Of a stretch of DNA of 34,953 bases, positions 24,001-26,930 are shown piece after piece. The notes under the pieces are model-generated. The model had not been told where the DNA came from and did not search any database. It was given only the letters and a program-made list of their open reading frames with translations. The DNA lies in assembly GCA_002245135.1 (NCBI GenBank), contig NGBS01000026.1, forward strand, positions 62,001 through 96,953, given 5' to 3'. The stretch is from Proteromonas lacertae. Its lineage: Eukaryota. The number at the start of each line of letters is the position of its first letter. Within the stretch, counting starts at the first letter, position 1. Position numbers and translations under genes: made by a program.

Positions 24001-25787
24001 GTAGTAATTCTAATGAATTATTATTAACTTATGATAAGCCAATTAGTAATGGTGGAAGTGAAATTAAGTCATATATTGTAGAAGCAAGTTATGATGATTT
24101 TAATAATATAATAATTAGTGATAAAGTAATAATTGATGATGAAGAAATATCAGCTAGAGATATTAGATGTCCAGAATTCCCACAACATAAGATAATAAGA
24201 ATAGATGCAACTGAAAAATGTAGTAACAATACAGAATTCTCTGTTGTAATAGATTATAATTTAGTAGGATATTCATTAACTTTAAAATGTAATGCTTCGG
24301 CAATGGGTATTGAAGAACAAGGAGTATCAATATATGATCCAAGTATAGTATCTGGATCAATTCAATCAAATCTTCAGAATTATGAATTTATAAGTGAAAT
24401 ATCAGTAAGTTATGTAGAAGAACCTGAAAGAATGCCATATATGTGGGATATAACATTCTTAAATAATCATGAAAATGATAAATATCAAATCAGTGGAGGA
24501 AATACAGTGAAAATTACCACATTATTTGAAAAGAAAGATTATAAAAGATGTACAGGACAAATGAAGATAGTCGATTTAGAAAATGAAAATAAATATAGTG
24601 TTAGAGTTCAATCAATTAATGAGGATGGAGGTTTATCAGAATTTGCTTATAGTAAAAGTGCATTTAAATCCTCAAAGTGTTCCAGGAAAGCCAAAAGATG
24701 TAATTGCACAATCTCATTCATCCTCTGAAATCAAAAGTTAGTTGGACAAAATCTGATGAAAATGGTGAAAAGATATTGGGATATTTGATTGAAGCTGATC
24801 CAAATATTGACTTTAATTCAGGTAAGAAACCATTTACAATTAATAACAAAGAGTTCAAATCAATCTCCTTTACTATTTACATACCAAAAGTGAATGAAGA
24901 ATTAGTAAGATATTCTGATTTAATAAAAGACTTAAAGAATGGTGAAAGTTATTATATCAGAATTAGTTGTTATAATATTCATGGTTTTAGTGAATTTGTA
25001 GTATTACAATCACAATATACTCCTAAATCCTTACCATCTCCACCTAATACAGTAGTAGTAGGAATAACATCCAATAAAGCAATAACAGTTGGTATGTCTT
25101 TACCTATTTATAATGGAGGAACAAATATTGAAGAATTTAGAATAGAATGGGATACAAGTGATGAATTTGATATAAGCAATAATGATAATTTAGCAATAAT
25201 CAAAACAAGTAGAAATATTGAAATTGATACTTATTATTATACAATCAATAATTTACATGAAGGATTGAGATATTATATTCGAGTTCAATGTAAAAATGAA
25301 ATTGGATGGAGTAATTTCAAGACATCTAATCCAATATCAATTATTCCTCAGTATGTTCCACCAGGTAAACCATTAATTAAATTGTTTAAAGAGAATAATA
25401 CAATGATAATTAAACCTCCAATTATTCCATATCATGATTTATGGTGTAGTAATGATGAAAATGATAATAGTTATCCAGGAAAATGTGTAAAAGGATCAAC
25501 AAAAGAAGATGGTATTGCTGATGGAGGATCTAGAATTCAATCATATACAATAGAAGCCAGCTTAGATGAATCATTCCAGAATGTAATTAATGTAATGAAA
25601 GTATATCGATCAAAAGAGAATGGAAAATGAAATAGTTATTGATGATATAAGTGAATACTTACCTAATAGTGGAAGATGGCTATTAAGAGTATATGCAAAT
25701 AATGGATATGGAAGACTTTATGCATGTTATAGAGAAGAAAAAGATTTAAAGTGTGAAGGAGAATTATTGAAAATAACATCTACTTAA
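1..25787 (+). CDS. Giant FN3-repeat ('titin-like') protein with nested insert modules, probably extracellular; 5'-truncated; about 8,590 aa in window after removing 14 single bases
   Basis: Frame 1 is open from base 1 (IDSKYSKIIYM...). FN3 motifs recur throughout (P..P..V....L.V.W..P..DGG..I..Y.VEW and L..G..YYVRV.A.N..G.S). Manual translation across every ORF break restores in-register motifs after a +1 shift near 3192, 3272, 8040, 8305, 16545, 17305, 17669, 17781, 17858, 23955, 23995, 24665, 24734 and 25610. The last segment reads ...SGRWLLRVYANNGYGRLYACYREEKDLKCEGELLKITST, followed by TAA TAA at 25785-25790. Confidence 0.85.
31..3207 (+). CDS. Segment of the giant FN3 protein (FN3 domains plus insert modules)
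   Basis: 1058-aa ORF with FN3 motifs, e.g. VRWNVPFNTGSIPITKYHLEWD, GLTEDYHYYLRLTAYNDYGES, EYYIRVRAKNSIGYG. It continues in the +1 frame as YIHYDTKESGVAFTSIRAYLSY. Confidence 0.85.
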   Translation: MTVDNEESQNLTISNLLQEKPYYFIVYATNADEVSPKTPEQEWSTGEPATPFWNYPITKPSSPEEIKTVVYDNTTVIVRWNVPFNTGSIPITKYHLEWDKHSGINEIQIIVISGKITGGSIQIQFLNITSQPIRYPFKLENIKKAISYMYILGEIDISYVEFNNNHNITISFISRPGKQPMLELITNELLGSDLEYSISTIQTGTEPYFDEATTGAIAIPLGETYITRQPNIQRIELSSEGENVKGTFKLSYMGKETEDIAFDTDADDMKVILENLLSVYSVNITTGIINQTVIPPFVRFTRYWDVTFNDVIGKNPMMLISSYDNQYSTEVYGGTLTGERSRGSVSRIQTSKVPTEYKIEGLTEDYHYYLRLTAYNDYGESKSNIYDFYVTPKKQPPAKPLNVELYSYKKDEIMITWTVNPNDGGVPVNYYLLEYSKYETFNDSEIIMIGEFDVNEKIFRYNMTVYDNDCYYIRVIAYNSIGYSEPQLAVPGPDSRSYYYSIKGDLLEKYGNSVKEIYEILNKNNITNADVTDVSISSTDLEFYIITPYYMPFFSNLTPFIVGLNESQQCMVARDSIPSGLEEVNIVAVSPTSIGIFYKQPKYPLPDEIIHRSLDGGGLRNYSYLVEWSTDFGFINSSKQIFNNSEEKWQIYLPTEDEYYIRVRAKNSIGYGPATASNPMSMKPEAQVPGQCSLEVAHIQEIPTQLLLTLHAPVYDKYGFKTHNGGSKLLYYEIQVEGSNNDSYKFLYPLNDYQHECIDDNGCEYKLGTQFQQFMIRPFDYNSSEWYYKFFGKPYTQLRDNFAEIDDVIKDALTDWSNPPCYDVRRIIHQNKTYSMSLISYNNQSECGNEITTFIVDEGVGLDDPYVKIGMPYRGLTSGVEYTITARAINEVGYGISYTAEPIIPHGVPSEPLNVTVYPMMYNKDQLMVCWNGPNFLNGHEIVHFNVSLYDKDNKLVGPFMYLIDELVSDHNLSYCGVVSGLEPGMEYDNITVLSNNGDYSKPSEKGIAKCPENATESCIPLLIPRQLPGVAEFEIGGWNGNDTAYYTSTSTQLIHSL
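3204..8072 (+). CDS. Segment of the giant FN3 protein
   Basis: 1622-aa ORF with FN3 motifs (YWPPLFTGGEIVKNYIIEYS, GLINGKTYYISVTGKNPIGYG) and insert modules (GTYYLEFNGQLTVPISYDATTEEVKNALEDL). The first ~23 and last ~10 residues are out-of-frame read-through. Confidence 0.85.
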   Translation: MILKRVVLHLHQFVLIYLMIKLLENPITKTVTYNEKETAEGGKNGKETYKLLFTSIKKHSLIYMKVLVINNLGEGPLTDPLNTTLLELPKSPSYVLLKTYTNGTKAEQSVTLEVDITAPTELGGFDECSYIVEYVKHEFSTKPTMNIITVNKDVKEYRLGIDNRHFSCYIPYDADEIYIQNAISNIKGVGNVQVIANKPTSENRTYEVLFYGYPDYKLISDTESAEKVKIENITVIEENLLTKEVPCDYPSLKYVKLENLETRIPYYIRVSTKTEFGTSGPTYSIPSKLAPKPQTSDSPRSPYQNGTYPLLTMINSNTINIRYWPPLFTGGEIVKNYIIEYSLNNHFSPATAIQVDSTVFSVNINDLEEENTYYVRMAATTTLVGEYVRTKPTSMYLYTFVKKPTINPLKVLSGTSVEITWESYDAEEYLVEWYTERLSGSRYGNPVVVTLSFLDNEIDTESEGNFTIAVGKFDVKLPGSCTVDYNRSLLFGNGEDYLPYIEAGDLVQCVGERNKNYVVEDIEYWIPNTRIIFTEEISDDIDCSSIYIQHKTYHISVKDIYNSTIIKEAIDHLESTSYVDISEVRNEDENITSYILKFKDVYCPDDKGNCLNEYRYANVNINNHNMKNNTGLTASIKKGILPQDYSQAIITNITNKLYVINGLINGKTYYISVTGKNPIGYGMKSDILTTMPVENPSTPSLSDFSLMPWTNTSLKLLYDVLVDNGGSSITHYNIRYSWSKRFLDEDTEYDKIPLTHRIQKLTSEGKSISIQNTFRLYYGECKSSYDIKPICERCINGTKGTSTITMMKTDNITLYPTEYIKLNGLIEMRVCGGVNSVNENNGLYEINLCKVDDISQKYSLSIDINEGYIQRLSSFIGLANFIKQNEFKFDERMNVRPVDLIDGDYICIGTSMRKYRIIQSDNNNDESYSIKNYINLYEDADYPGDDSSYFDKNYFPVYLTPRTIPIDHGYTSSRDISTSIKSALEDLPEIGTVDVRQQSNQKGFSWFITFTTMPTTSNPVEILYNDYNLSSYGQPATLSICDSEEYVIKNRNTGEYTYVELQACSIAGCSEWSEFKGEIPQNIKPYPPGISSYRQMSYWHSLIEFTKSVHDGGELIIQYNIECGTLKKTIYPNDDNDVIPQIDRYTLSVESNYTISGTYYLEFNGQLTVPISYDATTEEVKNALEDLCTIIEVNVSRNILENGFTWYITYTKLPYEGDSTGLLKVYPYGLKVDNNDYDSYDNMIKVLQPIQIGRLPYRYTILAMGASVTTCYISSETEHLKSDGYKLIKQLSKGPYSSSPPNDVKITTIDRSTIQLSWNYPDFYDTFSQTGLYTTSYVVQWDYVNSFDSICDTNCSIDNLKPYGELTTPLLSTTISNLPSGVPFYISVYAVSSTTSENAIKVNGYPFISKEQHFAYDYPSPPVKPLLKPYSSDSLLVELDIVDKDIPEGNNGYPVDTYVVEYGTNVNENQNVIFNSSVKVNYRLGFDINELTNCVSETTPLSDIETELEFLNTINGVKISLLPRGYSIEFEESGKYELLHAYSCDNYNEISSSIMTISEVTVGIANIISPVVKLYSDGNYEGFNEEENPSFVVGNTYIGDYVEDNVDCKASARKRKKCINCF
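8300..16549 (+). CDS. Segment of the giant FN3 protein
   Basis: 2749-aa uninterrupted ORF with FN3 motifs (FTPPETNGGAEIVYYRVEWS, NLETSKPYTVYVRSFNSVGYG) and many insert modules. Confidence 0.88.
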   Translation: MKNNTIQRVYDRNGNSYNLGSSNSNSDSCTSEGYVPILVYGIKYTELLDGNITSSNLKQAIESLPSSGVVDVERFGPILTGSYVWYITFKSYVGRIPSDYLHVKCENVENYYYKTEVVEYGSLLNSEDLVFSSKISGSINENRLPEIQKISITTTDKTALKGKFDINYDGESIKKVDVRSTEEDIKSLLERTINIGRVSISRNVVNNNNITFGYEWLVTFESKMGDLELMEIDNCPEGLTCEVSEEQRGRYPLTSYIISPLTAGKTYYARVRGMNKKGMGESTMIHQNIGLGLLPIQFTVSGKPELSTEITVNPYSPSQLEVNFDSESNGVIIDEYIIEWYQKNETTNPASIELTITGYKEFPRGYFVVIYKEEKSKRIEVSSTIANLMNSLNSISTMSFVNVSERNVINTTATKGYSWTIVFEIDSTRNENIKDDFTVDIQDITYPSNVSFDISFTPASGYNNYNKRVLSTNSKDCNGYLDGERLENGCSSGYHTIQTIMIESYNEEPTGTFSLFYNGKETREIKADVDSYTLQNILHNDLDINVIVNKYSEIIENDKEKIDDYKIHKIYTWDITFTGYSSEDLMIAKSNHLSCAVKVYSTMYLTLSSESESQVNGTYQLQIGNKEITKLIPVSVEDLGEYDNDEMISGFDNNKEVTESDLIEYALQELPSVGKVYVSESELYIDLPGKVKLVKQEDNEDAIILKHSSNWDSFIDVTKKENILKIRDLLFIVISKYTNNNDYLIKLFNSNETVEEELYSNYYTASMKDINGKRYRLLFLDYSFDLRSLSVIGDKLSGLGVRSYVTYGIGVKPNYFIIGSPIITKSITLLKSEYKAIKVNNNDECISDINLEYIQNELSSVYIQDISSETSYQYYFKFTENNYKEEITIKAFTKSDCSDSGVDVSFAVQQDEYPLAIYDYRYIALKPYESYYVSVIAKNSAGSGNASVVKVGPFDGFSYIPSSPLSLTVGRDYTNESMSIEFNEPYKTGSSNIQMYHIEVDTDPSFDTRNTKFIEYSQLPDIQTITISRSKTSKYSDGNVSITLSWGGLESKEIMLLKDSIEDSIVEITKAIRYITRLSSDVENSVIVSLMKYGSDYIYTVTFNGLCGNVGLINAKVEPNDRISVVVEKVQVGVCNVEPGSYSKEKQAIRISNGNGNFSIVFEGYKTDAIIINEGDPKKNSVRIRNELMKLPSIGNVHINVVEDSIYEVEFAHLNTEFIEGVGSLTPMIIEIDPESSLNVEVYEMIKGTLPVAYIISDLKPFTNYHFRVQAFGSNSGYGLYSDYITKSFDVIPPSPEHIYLNISSNTSLSVTIIPNNNENIPVDYFKVYYYKNEGVYSVQRVTVTAADVQICDNNNNGDESNTEDEVTLHEMEVKNCHKYVDQQQILISSDSDAIPGRFKLHFKEETTNYISVYDDIEVLGKELKQQLEYLPSIDEVSVICEKLTDGENLKLSCSILFKSLVGEQPLLIADPEPGFSGSIIISHIRKGIDMLNGEFSLCYEDKDTKLTCTRMMSYNVKENELREELELIPNLGNIKVTKEKNINGFDYYITFIDSIGENLSPKLSIKSYQLTGTAALAYVEEIHKLDFLIVESEPITDVSNPYIITNLETSKPYTVYVRSFNSVGYGLSKYAEPKSEIPRSTPSQPTGFKVIPLSPTDIKVLFTPPETNGGAEIVYYRVEWSNRPFTYRLLQDEGSKYVEIENNVNNTIDDIFHVNIKVEENSNTYIRIAAYNNLGVGTYTNSIETKGELKTPAAPINVNATVYSIAQILISWEESTIENTLEYGGNGGSPIVDYTIEYDINSGFSTGKIITVDYTHNSVVLGERNIMTGVEKAVVKEGETLYVRIKARNEIGISSPSDTIVIRNISNQNPSSLNITIIKRTKNSLTVGWELPVSDGGNQISQFIIQHSLYPDFKETETKTNYAKVVYEQQSVIVAQNLSYEEQFFNIQVPVTNQIIKIKSLMKDEKPIDPSFNITLNADEFDSTKVQIRIGGDKDEEVNDHEIQTIRFMSDNIPTEHEIIINTEYLPEIHNITIDIPLDHNNSQSVYEFDMSKCKPKDKTILIMTEYEITFADGIHKYHSDGSFVVFDKVDSVLVTKAFNGLYTSANIKPFECKEKDNNKYVYECKLDVKYGSPIIETQTSCGIVKAISNGYIIPNDETIRLVYKSDDFVGKVIPNEDIVVEYKYNISLDDLTVLFSQVFNSDLIEINVYDFGNRNAKQYVITYNGYEGNIPLPSVDREITKQCEVKLTTIQEGVFLNTTMLFIQYSEDRIVNISIPNYQVRKTWNVGLNISNWEEEICEKDGRENNDYYCLPSFRFEDYKESEFYSGGFKVIITYNNHHGKYPKIQNTSISDSINMNVKELSEYYPVKHRVYNEGNEIEGKFRLSFENKETNDIEYNITNVEQFQLSIQSALNKLFNDDENNQITVKCNDKTIDSANGITCTIIFEGELVSGDVPMIISNTNNLKGSNTQLLVLETVKGGSYVGEYSLKYENRIVKFNVEDTEEEIKEKLGRLYNVNGIDNTFYINITKIKPYGINRRIITIDFNNNYMLKENDNYYYRWNKLTKYYSKTPSVYTYPVYTSSNRSSIVSTKLLSTGKNHLNGLFTITFNTNECQRCSRKLSLTTIPLSFDSKAEEVKYALEKLETIGEVKVERHLNSIFTGSYTWKITIIRDGYKSLSTGYLGINSFIVDSHNLESLTNVTVTKVDEGNAIYGNIHVNIGNDSKCIFDINNDESDLEKVEDTILKNC
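17845..23970 (+). CDS. Segment of the giant FN3 protein
   Basis: 2041-aa ORF: degenerate Cys-paired modules first, then FN3 domains (YWDPPACNGGEEIIEYWVEVS, NLQSNVVYYVRVAANNG) and insert modules. Confidence 0.85.
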   Translation: MILVPLLEVYQCSNVVEEISDIVIPTVLTFNLISINEDTIIGFTYNSTETNCIAIKDEDNMKKELLDLLSVEEEDLVIEISITYASISVLQITFISLNENDELYFEKLELHKCMDVKKYNRELVYLEAENVPNRFMIKKNDVESSCIESFITAKSVLSYYFKIPESNIYYNYNSLGELKIALKSEDEELNDLYVVSCYRNNEEEDVNEIKFNITKDVMFSIYEFNIQSISDDITIGYYPNVTDRILPVTINEQLSELIDSNELENILYDVSSNDKRYLLINNFTLDSEINILPYPYIVSTIMNKESHSKNIKLKIIEEQKDLISFEYNNKNTDCISLKAENRSLIQNSLRKLFDLPSIIVYYDNGNVILVDDEVNSINVEDIVIHSCVYYKTNNDNEITFTLKANTSIRRLGSNKSTTCNATKDEIENIFDDEILKEVKRDNNNIVTIIFNDIPDDLYIVNEYCVTLKNKELTELDYYDENRNNVELNDICPLDTLKLVITSDKNITSFNIDGKCINMNEIETEPIITNNKLIEALKQKISIVKISNSEIRIYYVDSDCYGKEKDVCNVTHNITGYSREDCNNNIDKITQSWSGDYKTKNIISSSSCPLTSTTFDMYKITPTFTIESIDKSDRRITFKEKFLSANIYYHLPIYIETGYSYPVQYLTNLGDIENIVAKLTCNSNNDVYYPTVTELVKGNLPTNYTITNLLTGYEYYVRVAVGTMNEDGIIKVSEYQKNPLVDIPMGVPEPPIEVKAEPSKYVNEIQTITTASKHILDIQRLIVKAPIYNEIYAIHTYADYGSECDGFNVEIEYMSLNETEVKLSTKYSFIKLDLYGLEENTLPKGCINIDNECVDINDPEALIDSMNDTDIIIIRLNYTNHVILVFTYELSELLPKITLNPSKIEYNINKSIIVNYTSTVGYLESNISSMELQRIIRMYPSLENVNVTRSGTDLQGGYYWTITYDKNSEDTQPFTCSANSINNKKNDKYCEVLKVADKNTISGTLDLSMNGLSCNKPLNYPPSVEELQSCWDNYNIDVEVVIGPDSVKSYVWDITFTNLFGNLPLIKLDNQLIGKEVECYVEKVQNGNKIGGTFALSLEGETTLPIPYDATANEMKAILEQLNNIEKIEVSQTTKPDDEGGRTWEITFTDPKQSPKDVELLVADITKLEGIYSTVYCEEKVKGSLHSGKSLAVSYKAPMNDNGARITQYNVYYDITEEYNTDRFRMDVFTYSQYLIRNQIIELIPVNNNKRRLISTETSTCGSSVNDVFTIRYGNRLSKPMIFNIEEDELKQELESIEGINIVSVKRVESNEKVEICKVKYSNGKFEIVNNTKKVDLSIYIEVYVDEKSVCVDDKNELTNCHNYYFKDNNNDELSVKVPIGYEWDIKLINVDEYKPISIASTTINKDICSLTVRGPNCDKCIYINDIEMGLPYYVKMTSVNSEGESTSFTTSIDGFYPVKPHQLPDAPNNVVVKVVSNSELEVYWDPPACNGGEEIIEYWVEVSTSADFSSIERFRVESKGNVLHSHLLTNLQSNVVYYVRVAANNGVEADIIDEETHETNINWSYADPVAPDIVLPSAPQYVNITLLDSSSLRVIIGGSLRYGGAKLNSFLIYVSDSPQYDSLVYNKTFKTSKKFINSNNGVEQYYYDVTDLKLGERYYVKVSTLTDDKLYSQFTDSTPLSLVISEIPLPPTIIDVRTAAKVKEIPITDIEIKWIPPSNIIPEAPLEGYSVYYWSKDENIIPSVHTLTFTNLGVTNGLTTFILVYYKSGSVKDNIPVQIDVNKDSDYTMRYKILSAVDFIQDISVIKKIENSTTTIVRLEYISDYIVRDITWITPQSFIYSIKFDKSTGRNSIGYNEVQYLSITGYGFIRPYLRVMNEENEDEDNKYNNQYGSYYEQTEICGNNEAVRLEYAIESIPEIGKVNVEVVNEESVNNKVCTFLITFLSTYDNINALQFDKDDSITLRTCDGSYNIDNCENAKVQPGQIPTGYNYVNNIISNNTFYRLVNLKSGHNYEIVMLSYNRLGYSKMSNRMSIYIPSIIT
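24704..25787 (+). CDS. C-terminal FN3 domains of the giant protein
   Basis: ORF 24704..25630 (LPSPPNTVVVGITSNKAITVGMSLPIYNGGTNIEEFRIEWD, NLHEGLRYYIRVQCKNEIGWS) plus a +1-frame tail, absent from the ORF track, that completes the last FN3 domain. Confidence 0.8.
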
Positions 25788-25797
25788 TAACCATTTT

Positions 25798-25815
25798 ATT
25801 ATTATTATTATTATT
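25798..25815. repeat. (ATT)6 microsatellite in the T-rich region just after the stop codon
   Basis: attattattattattatt read directly from the sequence. Confidence 0.8.
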
Positions 25816-25958
25816 TCTTTATTTTTATTCACATCATAAATATAATTAGATAAACTAATTCTTCTTTACCAACATGTTTATTCGTAATGAGAAACTGATA
25901 ATAATTTTTGTTAACAATCCAACATATTGGATATAAGAGAGAAGGTAAATCTTTATAA

Positions 25959-26232
25959 AAAGAGAAAGAAGTGGTAAAAGAGGAAGAAAATCAATCAAAG
26001 AAACACCATCATACTAAGAAAGTGAGAAGTCCCAAAGACAATTAGTGTGAAATTAGATAATGATAGTGGAAGTAGCTCTATTAATAGTCCTAGTTCAAGC
26101 TCATTATCAAGTGAAGAGATTATTGGTGTTGATAAAGTGAAGGAGGTTGAAACTAAAGTGAATGAAGAAAAAATTGATAATAAAGAAGAAAAAGAGATGG
26201 AAGAAGAAGTGTTTATAATTAATGGAAAGTAA
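25959..26232 (+). CDS. Short Ser/Glu/Lys-rich ORF; possible small gene or gene remnant
   Basis: ORF 26047..26232 extends upstream through a +1 slip at CCC (26031-26033) to KEKEVVKEEENQSKKHHHTKKVRS-PKTISVKLDNDSG. Codon style matches the flanking genes. There is no clear ATG and no recognisable domain. Confidence 0.35.
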
Positions 26233-26321
26233 ATTATTACTATTATATGTAAATGTATATCAATTATTTGAATTAAGCTAATCCAATATAAAGAATAAAA
26301 AACATCATCATAACTATTTTT

Positions 26322-26930
26322 TTAATTATTCAACATAGATCCCAATCCATAATTAATCGCTATTCTCAAATTCTTTTCTAATTTTTCATAATTTGAATAA
26401 TCAGGTAATTCAATATTAAAACTACATGTATGAGACAAAGGTAATCTATCTGTAGAACCACATCTATATATTCTAAATTTTGTATCCCAATATTCTCCTT
26501 TCAAAGGCAATCTACTTCTTCCCCATACAAATTTGATGAATTTTCTTCTTTCTTCATGACTAAAACTCTCCATTACTTTCCAAAAATCAATTATTGTTTG
26601 ACTATCATGATGATATCCACTATAACTGGTATGTAGTTTTAAATACTCAATATCTATTTCTGTTTTTCCACAAACAACTTCTTCTATATCATCTCCATTA
26701 AATAAGAACAAATATGATTGTGGAATAACACTATACAACCCATTTAATATTGATTTTATTTGAATATCACATCGATGAATTATATAATTGATCAATAATT
26801 CACAATGTTTATCTTTATTCTCCATATTCAATTCTTCTTCAATTCCTGGATTTAGATTGATTATTTCTCCATTTTCATCACTTATCACAAATGCTTGTTG
26901 TTTTGGTAATTCTTCTTCATTTTTAGGCAT
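26322..26930 (-). CDS. C-terminal part of the HECT domain including the catalytic Cys
   Basis: TIIDFWKVMESFSHEERRKFIKFVWGRSRLP and RLPLSHTCSFNIELPDYS are canonical HECT C-lobe motifs. Joined to the upstream ORF by a +1 slip near 26926 (IRNA-KNEEEL). Confidence 0.92.
   Translation of the reverse strand: MPKNEEELPKQQAFVISDENGEIINLNPGIEEELNMENKDKHCELLINYIIHRCDIQIKSILNGLYSVIPQSYLFLFNGDDIEEVVCGKTEIDIEYLKLHTSYSGYHHDSQTIIDFWKVMESFSHEERRKFIKFVWGRSRLPLKGEYWDTKFRIYRCGSTDRLPLSHTCSFNIELPDYSNYEKLEKNLRIAINYGLGSMLNN

Noticed and set aside
2117..24369. Short overlapping ORFs (2117..2332 +; 2662, 5221, 14364, 17222, 19011, 19754, 20030, 20238, 21555 and 24163 on -)
   Set aside because: These are shadow frames of the giant gene with biased composition and no motifs.
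24660..24728. Euplotes-style stop-triggered +1 frameshifting (AAA-TAR)
   Set aside because: The FN3 motif PQSVPGKP is already in the +1 frame about 60 nt before the stop, and the breaks share no common slippery codon next to a stop.
3205..25630. Stop-codon reassignment (ciliate-like code) to explain the broken ORFs
   Set aside because: TAA, TAG and TGA all occur at breaks. Reading through in frame gives junk (e.g. TGA TAC TAA at 3205), and the conserved motifs always continue in a different frame.
1..25787. Calling the gene titin, or a prophage tail locus
   Set aside because: I see no Ig or kinase domains and no other phage genes, and the neighbour is a eukaryotic HECT ligase. The resemblance is at domain level only.
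25788..26321. Blastocystis-type stop codons created by polyadenylation (downstream TGTTTGTT motif)
   Set aside because: Both genes have genomic TAA stops, and I do not see the TGTTTGTT motif after either.
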